The notes below the pieces were generated by a model. It did not search any database and was not told where the DNA came from. It saw nothing but the letters and a program-made list of their open reading frames with translations. This document shows, piece after piece, positions 20,293-31,358 of a stretch of 64,000 nt of DNA. This DNA comes from Epithemia pelagica (taxonomy: Eukaryota; Protista; Bacillariophyta). A program made the translations under genes and the position numbers. The DNA lies in assembly GCA_946965045.2 (NCBI GenBank), contig OX337228.1:806001-870000 (forward strand), in the 5' to 3' direction. Position 1 is the stretch's first letter, and the number at the start of each line of letters is the position of its first letter.

Positions 20293-20593
20293 CAACCTGT
20301 GCAACACCATGGCCCGTGTTGCTATCGTGGTGGAGGAAATGAGATATGCCTACCGTCAAGAAATAGGTTATTATTATTTGCTCTTAGGGAAGGGGGTGGC
20401 TACACGAAATTACACCCTCAAAGCCACCCCCGCTGGGGGGTAGGGTGGAAGTATAGAAACTCGAAAAAAGCTCCGGGCGAAAACAGACGGTTTACTGTAG
20501 CGGAAAGAGACCCCCCGGGAAATCGGGGAAGGGGGAAGAACGCTTGCCACATTGCTAGCGTAACCGTAAAAAAAAGAATGGAATAAAAATTGG

Positions 20594-20641
20594 TAAGGGC
20601 TGGGGATACCGATCCATGTACATCTAAGTAGGCTCAGTACA
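20594..20641 (+). repeat. 48-bp direct repeat, copy 2
   Basis: Identical to 12035-12082. Confidence 0.95.
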
Positions 20642-21273
20642 TTAACCTACGTATCGCGAACACGACACCCTGGCCGAAAGAATCTACGTCAGTCTTCAGC
20701 GGCTTACCACATCAGACTCTAACACTTCACTGCAGAGAAACATGATCTTACTTTCGTTAAAGAGGGATGTACAAACCTACCTAGAAGTTCTTATTCATAA
20801 AAAATACTTCTCGGACTCTGGAGAGTGATCCCAAATCCCAATGGCCTGGAATATAAGGGGTAAATGGTAATGTTAACACGCGGCCGATATAGGCTTTCCA
20901 GTCTTAAACTCAATTCTGATTGGAATTCGTTGGGCTTCATCCGGCCATGTGTTCCTGTATCAATACAGCAAACAACAACAGGCCCTGCTAAGTCGTAAAT
21001 TCGTCATTAGTCATTTAAATCTAATGTAATGTAAATTGAAAATAATAGTAAATACTTGTTGATGTTTTCTAGAACTTAAACTTACTCTATCTAGATGAAC
21101 TTAGTAAGAATCGTTTTACTGCATCCCAATACATTAGGCTTGAATGCTATAGCTAGAGAGTGGAGAGAAGTGCTAAGTTGCTAGGAGTAAGTGGTTAGGT
21201 GCTTATGTGCTTATGTGCCAGATCCAGAGATAAGACATAGCATAATAGCCCTACCTACTACCTAGCTAGCTAC

Positions 21274-24200
21274 CAAGGATGTAAGTCGGTCACGTCACGG
21301 ACCCCCTTACTGACTTGACGTGACCAGATTTTGACCAAAGGGTGACTTCTTTTAATCCAATTCGTCAAATGGGTGACGCATTAGGTACTCCGCAATAACA
21401 CACATTTACTAAGCTACGGATGCTTACATCTAATGAAGAGTGATCTCTAGATCTGATGTTGACTCTCCATCTCCTAATGGTACTTGAACGCTCCCATAAT
21501 AGTCGGGAGACTCGGGAGTGGGTCGGCGTCCACCTCTTCCTCCTGCACACAGACAAAGCTAGACAGAGGGTACTTGTCATTGCGGACGTAGTGCTTGCGG
21601 CCAAAGTACCGTTGATCCTCTTGAGGATAATTCTTGTCATTTACTGTTGGCAAGGGCTCTAGGTTTTCTCTCCGCTTTTCCGGAAAATCTTCGTTGTCAT
21701 TGTCTTTTCCCTGTTGTTGTGTTGATGCCCCTGCCACAGATCGTCTCGCAGCTGTCCCTGCTCGAGTTGGTGAGCGTAGTTGATGTAGACGAGCAACGTT
21801 TGCCCTTGCCATCTGAGCATAGTCAATGGGACCTTCATCATCTGAAGAATCTTCTAGCACACTCTCACCAGCATTCCGATCTGTACTCCTTTCTTCATAA
21901 AGTTCATCGTCTTCAGGGTAGGCAGATCGTATTGCAGAAAGCAAATGATCAAGCTCAGGTCCATGAGTGTATTCAGAGTCTGTTTGACTTGGAGGAACAT
22001 ATTCATCTGCATCTGTACCGCTCACAGAACTGTCAAGCTCGTCTTGTTCTTCATGTTCTTCTTGTCCTTCTTGTTCGGTTCGTGCATTTTCATGCTCTGA
22101 TCGCTCGTCCTCATCCTCAGCCTCTACATTCGCATCAGTGTCATTTTGCTTTGGAGGATGTTCCGTAGCATTGACCATCCGATTCCGATGCTGCTGTGGA
22201 ACCCTTGCCTTTTTTTGGGTTTCTCCACCAAGAAGTGCATCGTGATCACCGTACACTACCTTCATGTCGTGTTTTATGAGAGTGGACTTCTCAAGTTTTT
22301 CTTGGGATAGCCTGTTTCTGGACTTGGTATGGAGGAGTGCGAAATCTTTAAACAAACGTTCACATGAGGCGGTTTGGACCGGCGCACCCAAAATCCAAGC
22401 TGCAAAGGTACAGAATGTCTCCCCGCAGGCTCGGTTTTCCAAGTACCAGTCTACCACACTTGGGAAAGATTCATTGTCGTAAGGCAGTGCAAATTGAATG
22501 CTTAATGAATGATCAGTAAGATAACGATTCATTGCAATTTGGAGATTCTTCTTTTCCTTCTTGAATGCGCGAAGAGATTCAGGGTCGGTTGCTCCACTAT
22601 ACTTACTGAGCTCATGCTTTTCCCAGTAAAACCCAGTTGCCTTGACTAAGCGCATTGTGGACAACTTTGCATCTTTGTCCTCCGGCCAAGAACCAGACTT
22701 GAGCTCATGTGCTTGAATCACTTGAATAGCGTAGCTCTTGTAAGCTGGATGCAAGGCAAATGCCAGAATGTACAGTGGTTGCTCGCACTGCTGCCACCGG
22801 TTCTCTATGTCTTTTGTCAACAGGTCGATATGAACTTGGGATCCTGCAAAGTTCTGCACATGCGCATACAGATTGACCATCATCAAGAAAGTGTCTGCCA
22901 TTGTGTTACATTCCCTTTGCATCAAGAATGATGCGTCACAAAAAGGCCTCACTAGATATTCTGCTTCTTCCAACTGATCAAAGAAATTAGGCTGGTTCCA
23001 AACGAGACATTCTTTTGGCAATTCATCTTCTCCATCCTCAAATTCAATTACAAAAAGTCTACAAGCTTTTCGGATACGGAGCTGTGACGCAAAGCAGCCC
23101 TGTATGGTATTCCATCGAGTATCTCCCACTGTCATGATGGCAGTGGCAACTGATTTGCCATAGCAGCGTTTCGCAACATCTTGAAGCCGTCCCAGCCATT
23201 TGGCCGTGCTCTTTGATATCTTGCTTGCAGCCTTGATTGCCATGGAGGAAATTTCTTTAAAGTTAGGCGTGTTGATCAACTGCCCGACCATTAGATTCAC
23301 TTGGTGTGCCCAACATTTATTAAATAATATATGAGGATGGCGTAATGCCAAGATCCTCCTTCCTCTGGCACATTGCCCAGCGTTGTCCGATATGAAATAT
23401 TTTACCTTGTCGGCGTATGGATTTAAGGTGTCGGCAGAAAGAATATCCTCTTCCCACGTTTTAGCAATGGCAAGTGCGTGGTGTGATGTTCCTTCCTTGT
23501 AGGTTGAGAGGAGAAATGTCTTGGGGCCTGCTTTTACCATAACGCCTTGTAGATGCACCTTGTTCACCATTTCCCAACCGTCAACTACGACCCCAAAATG
23601 GTGACCTTCTTGTGAAGCCTGTAGAATTGCTTGGTTCCTGTTTAGTAATGCCTTGTTGTACCGGGCATCAAGGTACTTCTGTGATAGCCAAACCCGTGAG
23701 CAGAGTGTACGGGACGTTTTCGGACGGAGAAAATCCAACACGCGGTGAAATGCAGGCCTTTCTATAAGGGAAAAACCAGCAGAAATGTCGATGCACAGTT
23801 CAAGAATGAGGTTGATGAGTTCTTCCTTCTCTGCATCCGTTAAGGGAGGGGCAACCTGGAAGAACTCATGCATCATGGTGGTTGTTCGCTTCTTGTTGCT
23901 GATAGACATCTGACTTTCTGCTGCTGCTGCTGCTGCCCCATGTGGAGCAGCCGTGGGGGTGAGAGGGAGACTCCTTGGGTGGTCTAGGTTGTTTGTTGTT
24001 GTGGCACTGTTATTCCTTGGCGTTGCTTCCCGTGTCAATGTGCGTCCAGTGCCATTGTTCTTCATGAAGTGAGCATATGCCTGGCATTTACTCAGGTGTT
24101 TCTTGCAATTGTCAGGACGTTTACGGTGCTGCTTGGGTTGTTTGGGTGCATACCAAAGTTGATGAGTCTTGTATTTGTCCATTTTTTGCTGGAAGTCTCT

Positions 24201-24666
24201 CTCGCAGTGAAGACAAATGACATACATGTTACCACTTCGTCGTCCAATCTCTTTGAAGTGCCTGTAGAGGTCACGGTTTGCTGCATACGATGAGCGTCGC
24301 CCTTGATTTTTCTTCGTTCTATCTGGTGCTTGTTCCGCTGTTGTTTCTGCTGCTTCCTCTTCTTCTTCGTTATCACATTCACTAGAAGAGTCACCTTCAC
24401 CTTCAGGGTCGTACTCCTCGTCTTCATCCCCGGATGACACAGGTGGTTGTGGTTCATCGTCTACCTCCATGCTTCTTGTTTTTTTCTCATTTTTGTACGT
24501 TTCTCGTCGCATGGAATTGCACCAACGAAGCCCGGGGAAGAAAAAAGAATTTTCTTAAATTGGTCACCAAATTAGTCACCGCCCAATAGGCTGACGTGAC
24601 TTGTGACGCTTTCGGTCAATTCGTCAGACGTAAAAAAAAACTGACTTGTCAGCACTTACATCCTTG
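21274..24666 (-). mobile_element. Autonomous-looking hAT DNA transposon (3,393 bp)
   Basis: Perfect 13-bp TIRs CAAGGATGTAAGT (21274-21286, 24654-24666), flanking direct repeat TAGCTAC (21267-21273, 24667-24673), TGAC-rich subterminal motifs, and one intact transposase ORF. Confidence 0.93.
21474..24512 (-). CDS. hAT-family DDE transposase (1,012 aa)
   Basis: BED-like finger (VICLHCERD...KHLSKC), DUF659-like RPAFHRVLDFLRP, catalytic VVDGWE and ISDNAGQ, CxxH (CWAHQVNL), TRWNT, and dimerisation/catalytic E in TASCERLF. No stops or frameshifts. Confidence 0.95.
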   Translation of the reverse strand: MRRETYKNEKKTRSMEVDDEPQPPVSSGDEDEEYDPEGEGDSSSECDNEEEEEAAETTAEQAPDRTKKNQGRRSSYAANRDLYRHFKEIGRRSGNMYVICLHCERDFQQKMDKYKTHQLWYAPKQPKQHRKRPDNCKKHLSKCQAYAHFMKNNGTGRTLTREATPRNNSATTTNNLDHPRSLPLTPTAAPHGAAAAAAESQMSISNKKRTTTMMHEFFQVAPPLTDAEKEELINLILELCIDISAGFSLIERPAFHRVLDFLRPKTSRTLCSRVWLSQKYLDARYNKALLNRNQAILQASQEGHHFGVVVDGWEMVNKVHLQGVMVKAGPKTFLLSTYKEGTSHHALAIAKTWEEDILSADTLNPYADKVKYFISDNAGQCARGRRILALRHPHILFNKCWAHQVNLMVGQLINTPNFKEISSMAIKAASKISKSTAKWLGRLQDVAKRCYGKSVATAIMTVGDTRWNTIQGCFASQLRIRKACRLFVIEFEDGEDELPKECLVWNQPNFFDQLEEAEYLVRPFCDASFLMQRECNTMADTFLMMVNLYAHVQNFAGSQVHIDLLTKDIENRWQQCEQPLYILAFALHPAYKSYAIQVIQAHELKSGSWPEDKDAKLSTMRLVKATGFYWEKHELSKYSGATDPESLRAFKKEKKNLQIAMNRYLTDHSLSIQFALPYDNESFPSVVDWYLENRACGETFCTFAAWILGAPVQTASCERLFKDFALLHTKSRNRLSQEKLEKSTLIKHDMKVVYGDHDALLGGETQKKARVPQQHRNRMVNATEHPPKQNDTDANVEAEDEDERSEHENARTEQEGQEEHEEQDELDSSVSGTDADEYVPPSQTDSEYTHGPELDHLLSAIRSAYPEDDELYEERSTDRNAGESVLEDSSDDEGPIDYAQMARANVARLHQLRSPTRAGTAARRSVAGASTQQQGKDNDNEDFPEKRRENLEPLPTVNDKNYPQEDQRYFGRKHYVRNDKYPLSSFVCVQEEEVDADPLPSLPTIMGAFKYH

Positions 24667-26025
24667 TAGCTACGGATAGAGGGGAGTTGAATGAGAAATG
24701 CTACTTGTAATAGGAGTAATTAACAATGTCCCAGTCACAAGGGCACCGACCATCCACCATTAACCATCAACCTTCGACCATGATCAATAATAAAAAAATA
24801 AAAAAGCAATCCCAAAAATCCTTCGCGCAGGTGGTGTCCGGCGGGATGCGGGATTATATGCAAGAAAGAATTAGTGAATTGCACCGAAGCAAGAGGAGCT
24901 ACTACGGATATGAGCCCATACAGCCAAAGCCATGTGGGATGTGGGATGTTGACTCGATCGGCTCCCCGCTTTTCCATCACTTCTGTAGATAGTCGTTGTT
25001 TCTACCTAGGTAGCACTAACCACTAACACTCTTAGTTGAAGTGAGGAGTCAGCAAGGCCTCATCCTATGGAGAGATCTGAGGGCTTCAAAGAATAGAATT
25101 TATGGTCCGCATGTGAGCAACAATCCGTATTTGGCCAAGCTTGGGATCGTTGTGGTTACAGTGAACGAGATGTTGTAAGACTTCGTCGGAGGACTTGCGA
25201 GCTTTCCAGGTGAAAGGAGAGCCAAAATGTAGAAAGACACATTTAATTTTAGGCTGAAGTCTTCCGGGATGACGTGTTTCTGCCGACTGTGAACGGCGTT
25301 AGCTCCTAACAGCTGCAATTCTGGACGACTCGAGCGGTTGTCAGTGATTGCTTGTATGCAGCAACTGAATATTTGATCAATCTTTACAACGCACTACTTG
25401 TATGATCACGACCTGCCTTATTTTTCTCTTGTTGCATTTGTTTGTTGCTGCTTGCTGCTAGCACGGGCTTCTCATTCGATGTCTGTGCTGGACCACCACG
25501 TCAGAGAGCCAAAACCTACCCACAAGGGTCGTTCTTCCTTCGATGATTTGATGTGTTTTTCCCAGTACCTAAAGATGGTGATGTGGAAACGAAGGAGAGA
25601 GGTAGAATGAATGAACTGAAGATTGATCACAGCAAGACATCCTCGCATGCCAATATCTTCTAGGAGTACAAGGTATCCTGTAAAGACGATAGAGCAAGGG
25701 ATCGAAAAAGCTCAGGTCAAGTGGAAGGATGGCTCAAACATGGAACAGAAAGACTGCCCCTGTCCCTCTTGGCTGATTTCAGCCTGACACCAAACCCTCT
25801 CTCATGCGACCGTGTGAGAAAGTTCACACTGCGATGCACTGTAAAGAGTACCCTACGTGATCCACCGCTGCGTTCAATGGAACCGCAATCGGCTGCTCCT
25901 CGTGATCCGCTGGCATGGTGAAGCTACATTCAGAATATCTAGTCGTACGTATACTTCATCTACAAACCCTAAACACTCCTGGCTGAATTCGAAACCTGGC
26001 CATCCCTCGAAATACATATAGTCAA

Positions 26026-29000
26026 TCATGAAACGAACGCCGAAAGGTCAACGACGCTGCTGGTGATATCATCGTGCTTGGATCGTCGTGCCCGCCCCAG
26101 CGGAAGCGACATCAATGCTTGAAGACTTGAAATATTGCGCGCTCGTCGAACTTTGTTAAGAACGCGGCGGACAATGACATCGGCTACATTGTAGGAAATC
26201 CGAGCATTTCGCTTGCGTCTCTTGTTGTTGTTGTTGGGTCCAGGACTTGAGACCGCGTGATCTCGTTTTCGTCCGGAAGACATGGATGTCGCGGTTGGTG
26301 CACCCGTTGCATCTCCACTAGTCACAGTTTGTCCAGGGTCTCCACGACCTGGCACCGTGGCACTAGACGTGGACACAGGGGCCGTTGTTTCGAACAGGTC
26401 TCGGTCGGCACCTTCGTGCGCGTTTCGAGTGGAACTTTTGGGTGCATCACCTCCTCCGTCTTCGTTCAAAGGCGTCTTGCTTGTAGTGCCACGGCGGTTG
26501 TTGCGTCGTCGCTCCATTTCTGCAACTCGTTCTTCATAAAAATTACGAACCCATCGAAGAACATCTTCTCCACTCGCGCGTTCCCACACGCCATCAGTTG
26601 ACAATATCAAGACCTTATCCAAATCTTTGACCAATGGTCGGCAATTGACTTCCGGTCTCGCTGTAATGTAGGGGGCATGCGACTTGTACGGATTGAAAGA
26701 CAGCAATGGAGTTTTCAGGTACGCATCGCCCAATGCCCTCGTAACTGCCAAACTACCTGCGACACGTTTTATTCCACCTCCCACACCTGCCGAGATGGCA
26801 CGAGGAGCATTGTTGCATCGGCGTAGGACGGCTGTGACTTCCGCTGGGTTGTATGCCGAATGATCAGTTGTCAAATCAATAGGTCGGGTCGGGGGTGGCA
26901 GATGAAACAACGGGAGCTGATCGTTTCCATCGCTGCTGCTTTCATCGTCCCTAGTTTGGGCAGAACTCGTCGAGTTGTCATCCGCGCGAGTGGCTAAGGA
27001 ACGAGGATTGCGGTCAACTGCTGAGCTCCTATGCTGGTCCATAGATGATTCTGTCCCTGGGGTATTTTCGTTCGAAGGTGATGCCGAAGTCGCTTGCGGG
27101 TGCGGGTTGGGGAGTATCAATGGAGGAAGGGGTCGGAATGGACCGGCGTAATCATTGTTTCGGGATTCTCGACGTGAGGAAGTTCCCATTCCCCGTTGTC
27201 GCACCACACGGCGAGGAATCATACGGTATGGGGTTGTCGCAGCAGACGTTGTAGTTGTAGTCGTAGTCGACGTTGTGGACGGTACTGCAGTACTCGACGC
27301 CAAGGAGGGCGATGCGACTCCCGACGAGGACACAAGAGTAGCAGAGTTCCCGCTCACTGATGTCACCCCAGAGCTACTTCCCACCGTAGACGTGGTCACC
27401 ACAGTGCTCTTGCTGCTGGTATTCTTACCACTCTCGGCAACAATCGCAGCTGATACAGCAGCACTGCCTACCACAGGATTGGCAGTGGTTAGAATTGATG
27501 TGTTGTTGTTCGCTTCGACAGTGTAATCTTCGTCTTCGGAGCTGTCAGCGTCATGATCGGAACTGCTCAAACACTCTGTCTCATCACTAGAATGATGGGA
27601 TGATTCATCGTCATCCGTGGTGATAAAGTCATTGTGTTGACCGCTAGAAGCCGCGGACGGGGACTTATTGGCCGATGCTCCCCCACGCACTTTAATGGTT
27701 CGAGGAGGAGCGGATCCGAGCATGACCGCCCGACAATCGCCAACGTGAGCTGAGTACAAAAAAGCATCATGGGCTCGGTAACAATGACAAGAGCATCCTC
27801 CTGGTGGACTGATCAGTGATTCCTTATTGTGGTGACTTGGATGACCACTGGGTCCTCCAAGATGATTTCGTCTTCGTGCACCGGCTTCGTCTAGCCGACG
27901 ATCGATATCATATTCATCCTCTTCCTCCTCCGTTTCCGTAATTTCAGACTCGAGTCCTGATGCATGAACTGCTTCTTCCGTCGTGAGCGACGAGGTGGAA
28001 GAAACGGTACTAATGGAGGATGCCGACTTTGTTCGGGTTGCATTGTCAAGCATGCGCCGCCGTGCCGCATCTCGATTCTGTGATGTGTTTCGTCTCGACT
28101 TATCAGGTCCTCGACTCTCTTTCTCGCGGTCCGGCTCAGAAACGCTGGTCCAGTCCAACCGTTGAATGGTGAACACAACCAATGCACAAGCTCCCGAGTT
28201 CCACCGACCATTGGATTGGCACGATGTTTGGTGTGTCGCTAGTGGATCGATCGAGTTGATCCACCCTTCATCCACAGCCAAGAAGGATTCTGTGATTGCT
28301 CGCGTAATGGCCGCGACTTCATTGGGACTATGAGTTCCCACCAATGGCTTCTTGGTCAAGGACGCGGCTGTTTTCACCGATGTTTTGACCGACGATACTG
28401 AGGCATCCACGCCTGGACCCAGAGAAACTTCTTCTTCGTCTTGTTCAGGAGCCGTCCCATTTTCTGATCCATCCCTTCGTGGTGTTCTTGGGGGAGGGGA
28501 GGATCCTGCTCTTGTGGACTGTGAGACTCTTGATGTAGTACCAGACACCAAGTTTTCATTGGTTGATGTATTTGAGGAGGCACTACTGCTGGTTTTCTTC
28601 ATGGATTTCCCATTCCCTCTTTCAACAACCGAAGCTCCAGGTGATGAAGGCGTCCTGGTTGTTGAGAGCTGCGGTTGTCCTTGCTGTGGCGCCGTTGGTG
28701 TGGGGGTGCTCTCATTGTTGTTGGTGCCATCGACTACCACCACACCATCTTCGTCCTCACTGTCACTTCGTTCGTAGGGAGACCGGTAATGTATCGAGTT
28801 CGGATTGCAGGATAGTTCTCCAGATCCGGGTACAGATGTGACTTGAATCAACCCATCTAAATCTAGGGCATTGGCGTCACGCAATTGTCCATTCACAGTA
28901 CAAACACCACGGTCGACAATGGCACAACCCAACGCACGGGACACGCTGGCAGCTATGTGAGGCAAGAGAACTTCGGAGGCGTAGGTCGCAACACAACCAC

Positions 29001-30897
29001 CCCCATGGCCATCAATGACAGACCACAAATTCAAACGAATAAGGGTGGGATAATTGGGAATATCGGGTAGGGGTGGCAACTGAGTTTCGGAATCAAAATT
29101 GGGTGGTAGAGGTTGTAACAATACATTGACCAGACTTGAACTTCGATCTTCACTGGGATTGTTGGCTGCATGGGATGCGGTCCACATACACAGCTGGGGG
29201 TCACGGAATTTGGGCAAACTACATGGTCGATGAAGCATTGACGCCGTAGATCTGTCATCCTCAGCCGGTCGGATCATTTCCTCCGAGTTTACCGCCGCAG
29301 CCATTATAGAGCCAGTTGCACGAGTATGAACCGTCGCATTGTTCACTGCAGTGGGAGAACCGTGTGTGTTGGGTTTTTGTGTAGTGGTGACTGAGCTTGT
29401 ACCTTGCGTTTCCGCAGAATCCCGTGGACGTCGTTCCACATGTGGCTGCGACAGATTATGTCCATGACTGTGTTTCGCACCTGTGTCCGAAGGTGACCGT
29501 GGAGGCGGCGGTGGAGCAATCGGTCCTTGAACGATAGGTGTAACCGGCTCGGTCTGGTGGGATTTTGACAGCGGAACAGGAGTTGGAGGTCGTTGTATGG
29601 TGTTTTGTGAAGCTTCGTACAAACCAGTGGAAGGTCGGTTGTGCAGCGGGGTCGACATTGATGCACTTGTGGAGTTTGTGGATGGAGTGGGAGTGGCCAC
29701 TACGGCTGTTGGACCTGGAGAAAAATGCATGTGAGTTGTTAAGCATCGAGATGTGACGCAAATTTGCTCGCTTCTCGATATGTTCTTCTTACTGGTTGTT
29801 GTTGCTATCGCCGTTTTACTGACTGGAGTTGCCGTGGGTGTATTTGGCACAAAGACACGTCGACGTTTCGGTGGAGGAGCGGCGCTTCCCCCTCCTCCTC
29901 GTCGACTCGACTCTCCAAAGGAAGAGGAAGACGACGAATTGGATCGAAGAGGAATGTTTTTGTTGGAAACCCACGATGCCGGTCCAATCGGTAGAACGGA
30001 GCCACTAGTACTACTACTACGGCGCGCTGCTGGCCCCTCGTAGTGATTGGAATGGTACGACGATGACGGAGCGGTTCTTGCCGTGTTGGGTGGCAAAACG
30101 GACGGAGGAGGACGACGAACATGATAATCCATCATTTCGGCAACGCTATCTTCCTGTGGAAACGGTTTGTGTGACATGACAAAAGCGAGATAATGAGACC
30201 ATGAGACGACATCCGATAAAGATGAGAAAATGAGCGCTCAACTCCACGTTAGACTTGAGATTGCCATGATTGTACCTACCTCTGACGAGGCTCCTCCACT
30301 GGAGCGACTTCTTCTAGGCCCTGTGGGAGGACGATTGTTGCGGTTGTAACTGGGACGACTTAGATTGAGTGTAGGGGTTGGGGTTGAAGCTGGAATGGAT
30401 ACTAGCAATCGGGCAGAAGACGGTGTAATGGGAGTCATGTCGGTGCGTCCTCCTTCCGTCTCTGCGTGACTGCTTGCGGCCATGGCGTCCTCGTCTTCTT
30501 CATCCGGGCCAGATGGAGTTCTGCGGGAGGAAGATCCTGCAGTTTTGGATAAAGTGTCAATAACAGCTTCCACAGCCTGACCTGTACTCTGCTTTGAGTG
30601 AGCGGGAAGATTCTTACGTTTGCCCCCAGCAAGATCCCTCTCATCTTCTTCTTCATCTTCCTCCTCGTCGTCCTCTTCTTCTTCATCTTCCTCGTAATCA
30701 TCTTCTCGTGCCATTTCATCAACAGATTCCGAAAAGGCTGGAACTGCTTTTCGGATTGCCGTCGAAGTCACAGCATGGTAATTGTGGCGTGAATTTCCTG
30801 GTGGCAATTGTTGTTCTTGTTCTTCAGCTGGACGTGGATGATGTTGCTGTGGCGGTGAAGGCTCTTGCTGGTCCCCAATGTTTTGTGCCTGACTCAT
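26026..30897 (-). CDS. PP2C/PPM-family Ser/Thr phosphatase with very large low-complexity insertions; 2 exons, about 1,581 aa
   Basis: Motifs VIDGHGG, SGACALV, AHVGDCRAV, LTTDH, LAVTRALGD, LILSTDGVWE, HDDIT. Exon 30897-30280 (MSQAQ...) joins exon 30153-26026 through a phase-0 GT-AG intron at 30279-30154 (126 bp). Confidence 0.9.
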
Positions 30898-31342
30898 GAT
30901 GCGATAGACTAATATGAATTGAAACAAACAAGGAAAAGAAAGATCACGCAGGAGGACCCCACCAACAAAAAAGGCCTCTTGTGGCGGTTGCAGTTTTGGG
31001 AAGAACAAAGGTCTCCGACAATCCTCTTTGTCTGCACAGAATGGATCTATCGATTCGTGTTTGTGTTGCTCGATGGTTTGTATTCTTTGGGGTTCGGGTG
31101 GTTTCGGGGTGGTGGTTTCTCTCTAAAACACAAACAACGACGGCCGACAGTGACACGATTTCTTCATGGTCGCTTCTTCCTCTTCTCGCGAGTTTTCAAA
31201 TCGCCGCCCGTCTGCTCGCCGTCGTCCAGCACTTTTTCCCTCCGAGGACATCACGCGCACGCACTCTCTGTCTACAGACAGACAGTCAGTGATGCCGTCT
31301 GCCGTCAACGGGAGGCGCGCTCGCGCGTATCAACTTGCGATC

Positions 31343-31358
31343 TTTATGACGTCATAAA
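31343..31358. promoter_or_regulatory. 16-bp perfect palindrome TTTATGACGTCATAAA (CRE-type bZIP core) in a divergent promoter
   Basis: Read directly; lies between the PP2C start (30897, minus) and the USP start (31727, plus). Function is inferred. Confidence 0.55.

Larger units (their letters stand above)
12596..20442. mobile_element. Non-autonomous TIR DNA transposon (Mutator/MULE-like MITE, 746 bp once the nested copia is removed)
   Basis: Imperfect TIRs at 12596-12709 and 20315-20442. The outer 14 bp TACCCCCCAGCGGG are perfect and the inner 47-bp block has 1 mismatch. An exact 10-bp direct repeat GGGTGGAAGT lies immediately outside both ends (12586-12595, 20443-20452). Long TIRs with a 9-11-bp TSD are the Mutator signature; no transposase is present. 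Confidence 0.85.

Noticed and set aside
12440-20586. Similar peptides REGG..TKL.PQ.H.RWGV in ORFs 12440-12697 and 20125-20586
   Set aside because: They arise from the two TIRs; differences are mostly non-synonymous. The second ORF is a chimera running from the LTR into the TIR.
24674-25950. Short ORFs and candidate splice sites between the hAT element and PP2C
   Set aside because: No consistent gene model or recognisable motif could be built.
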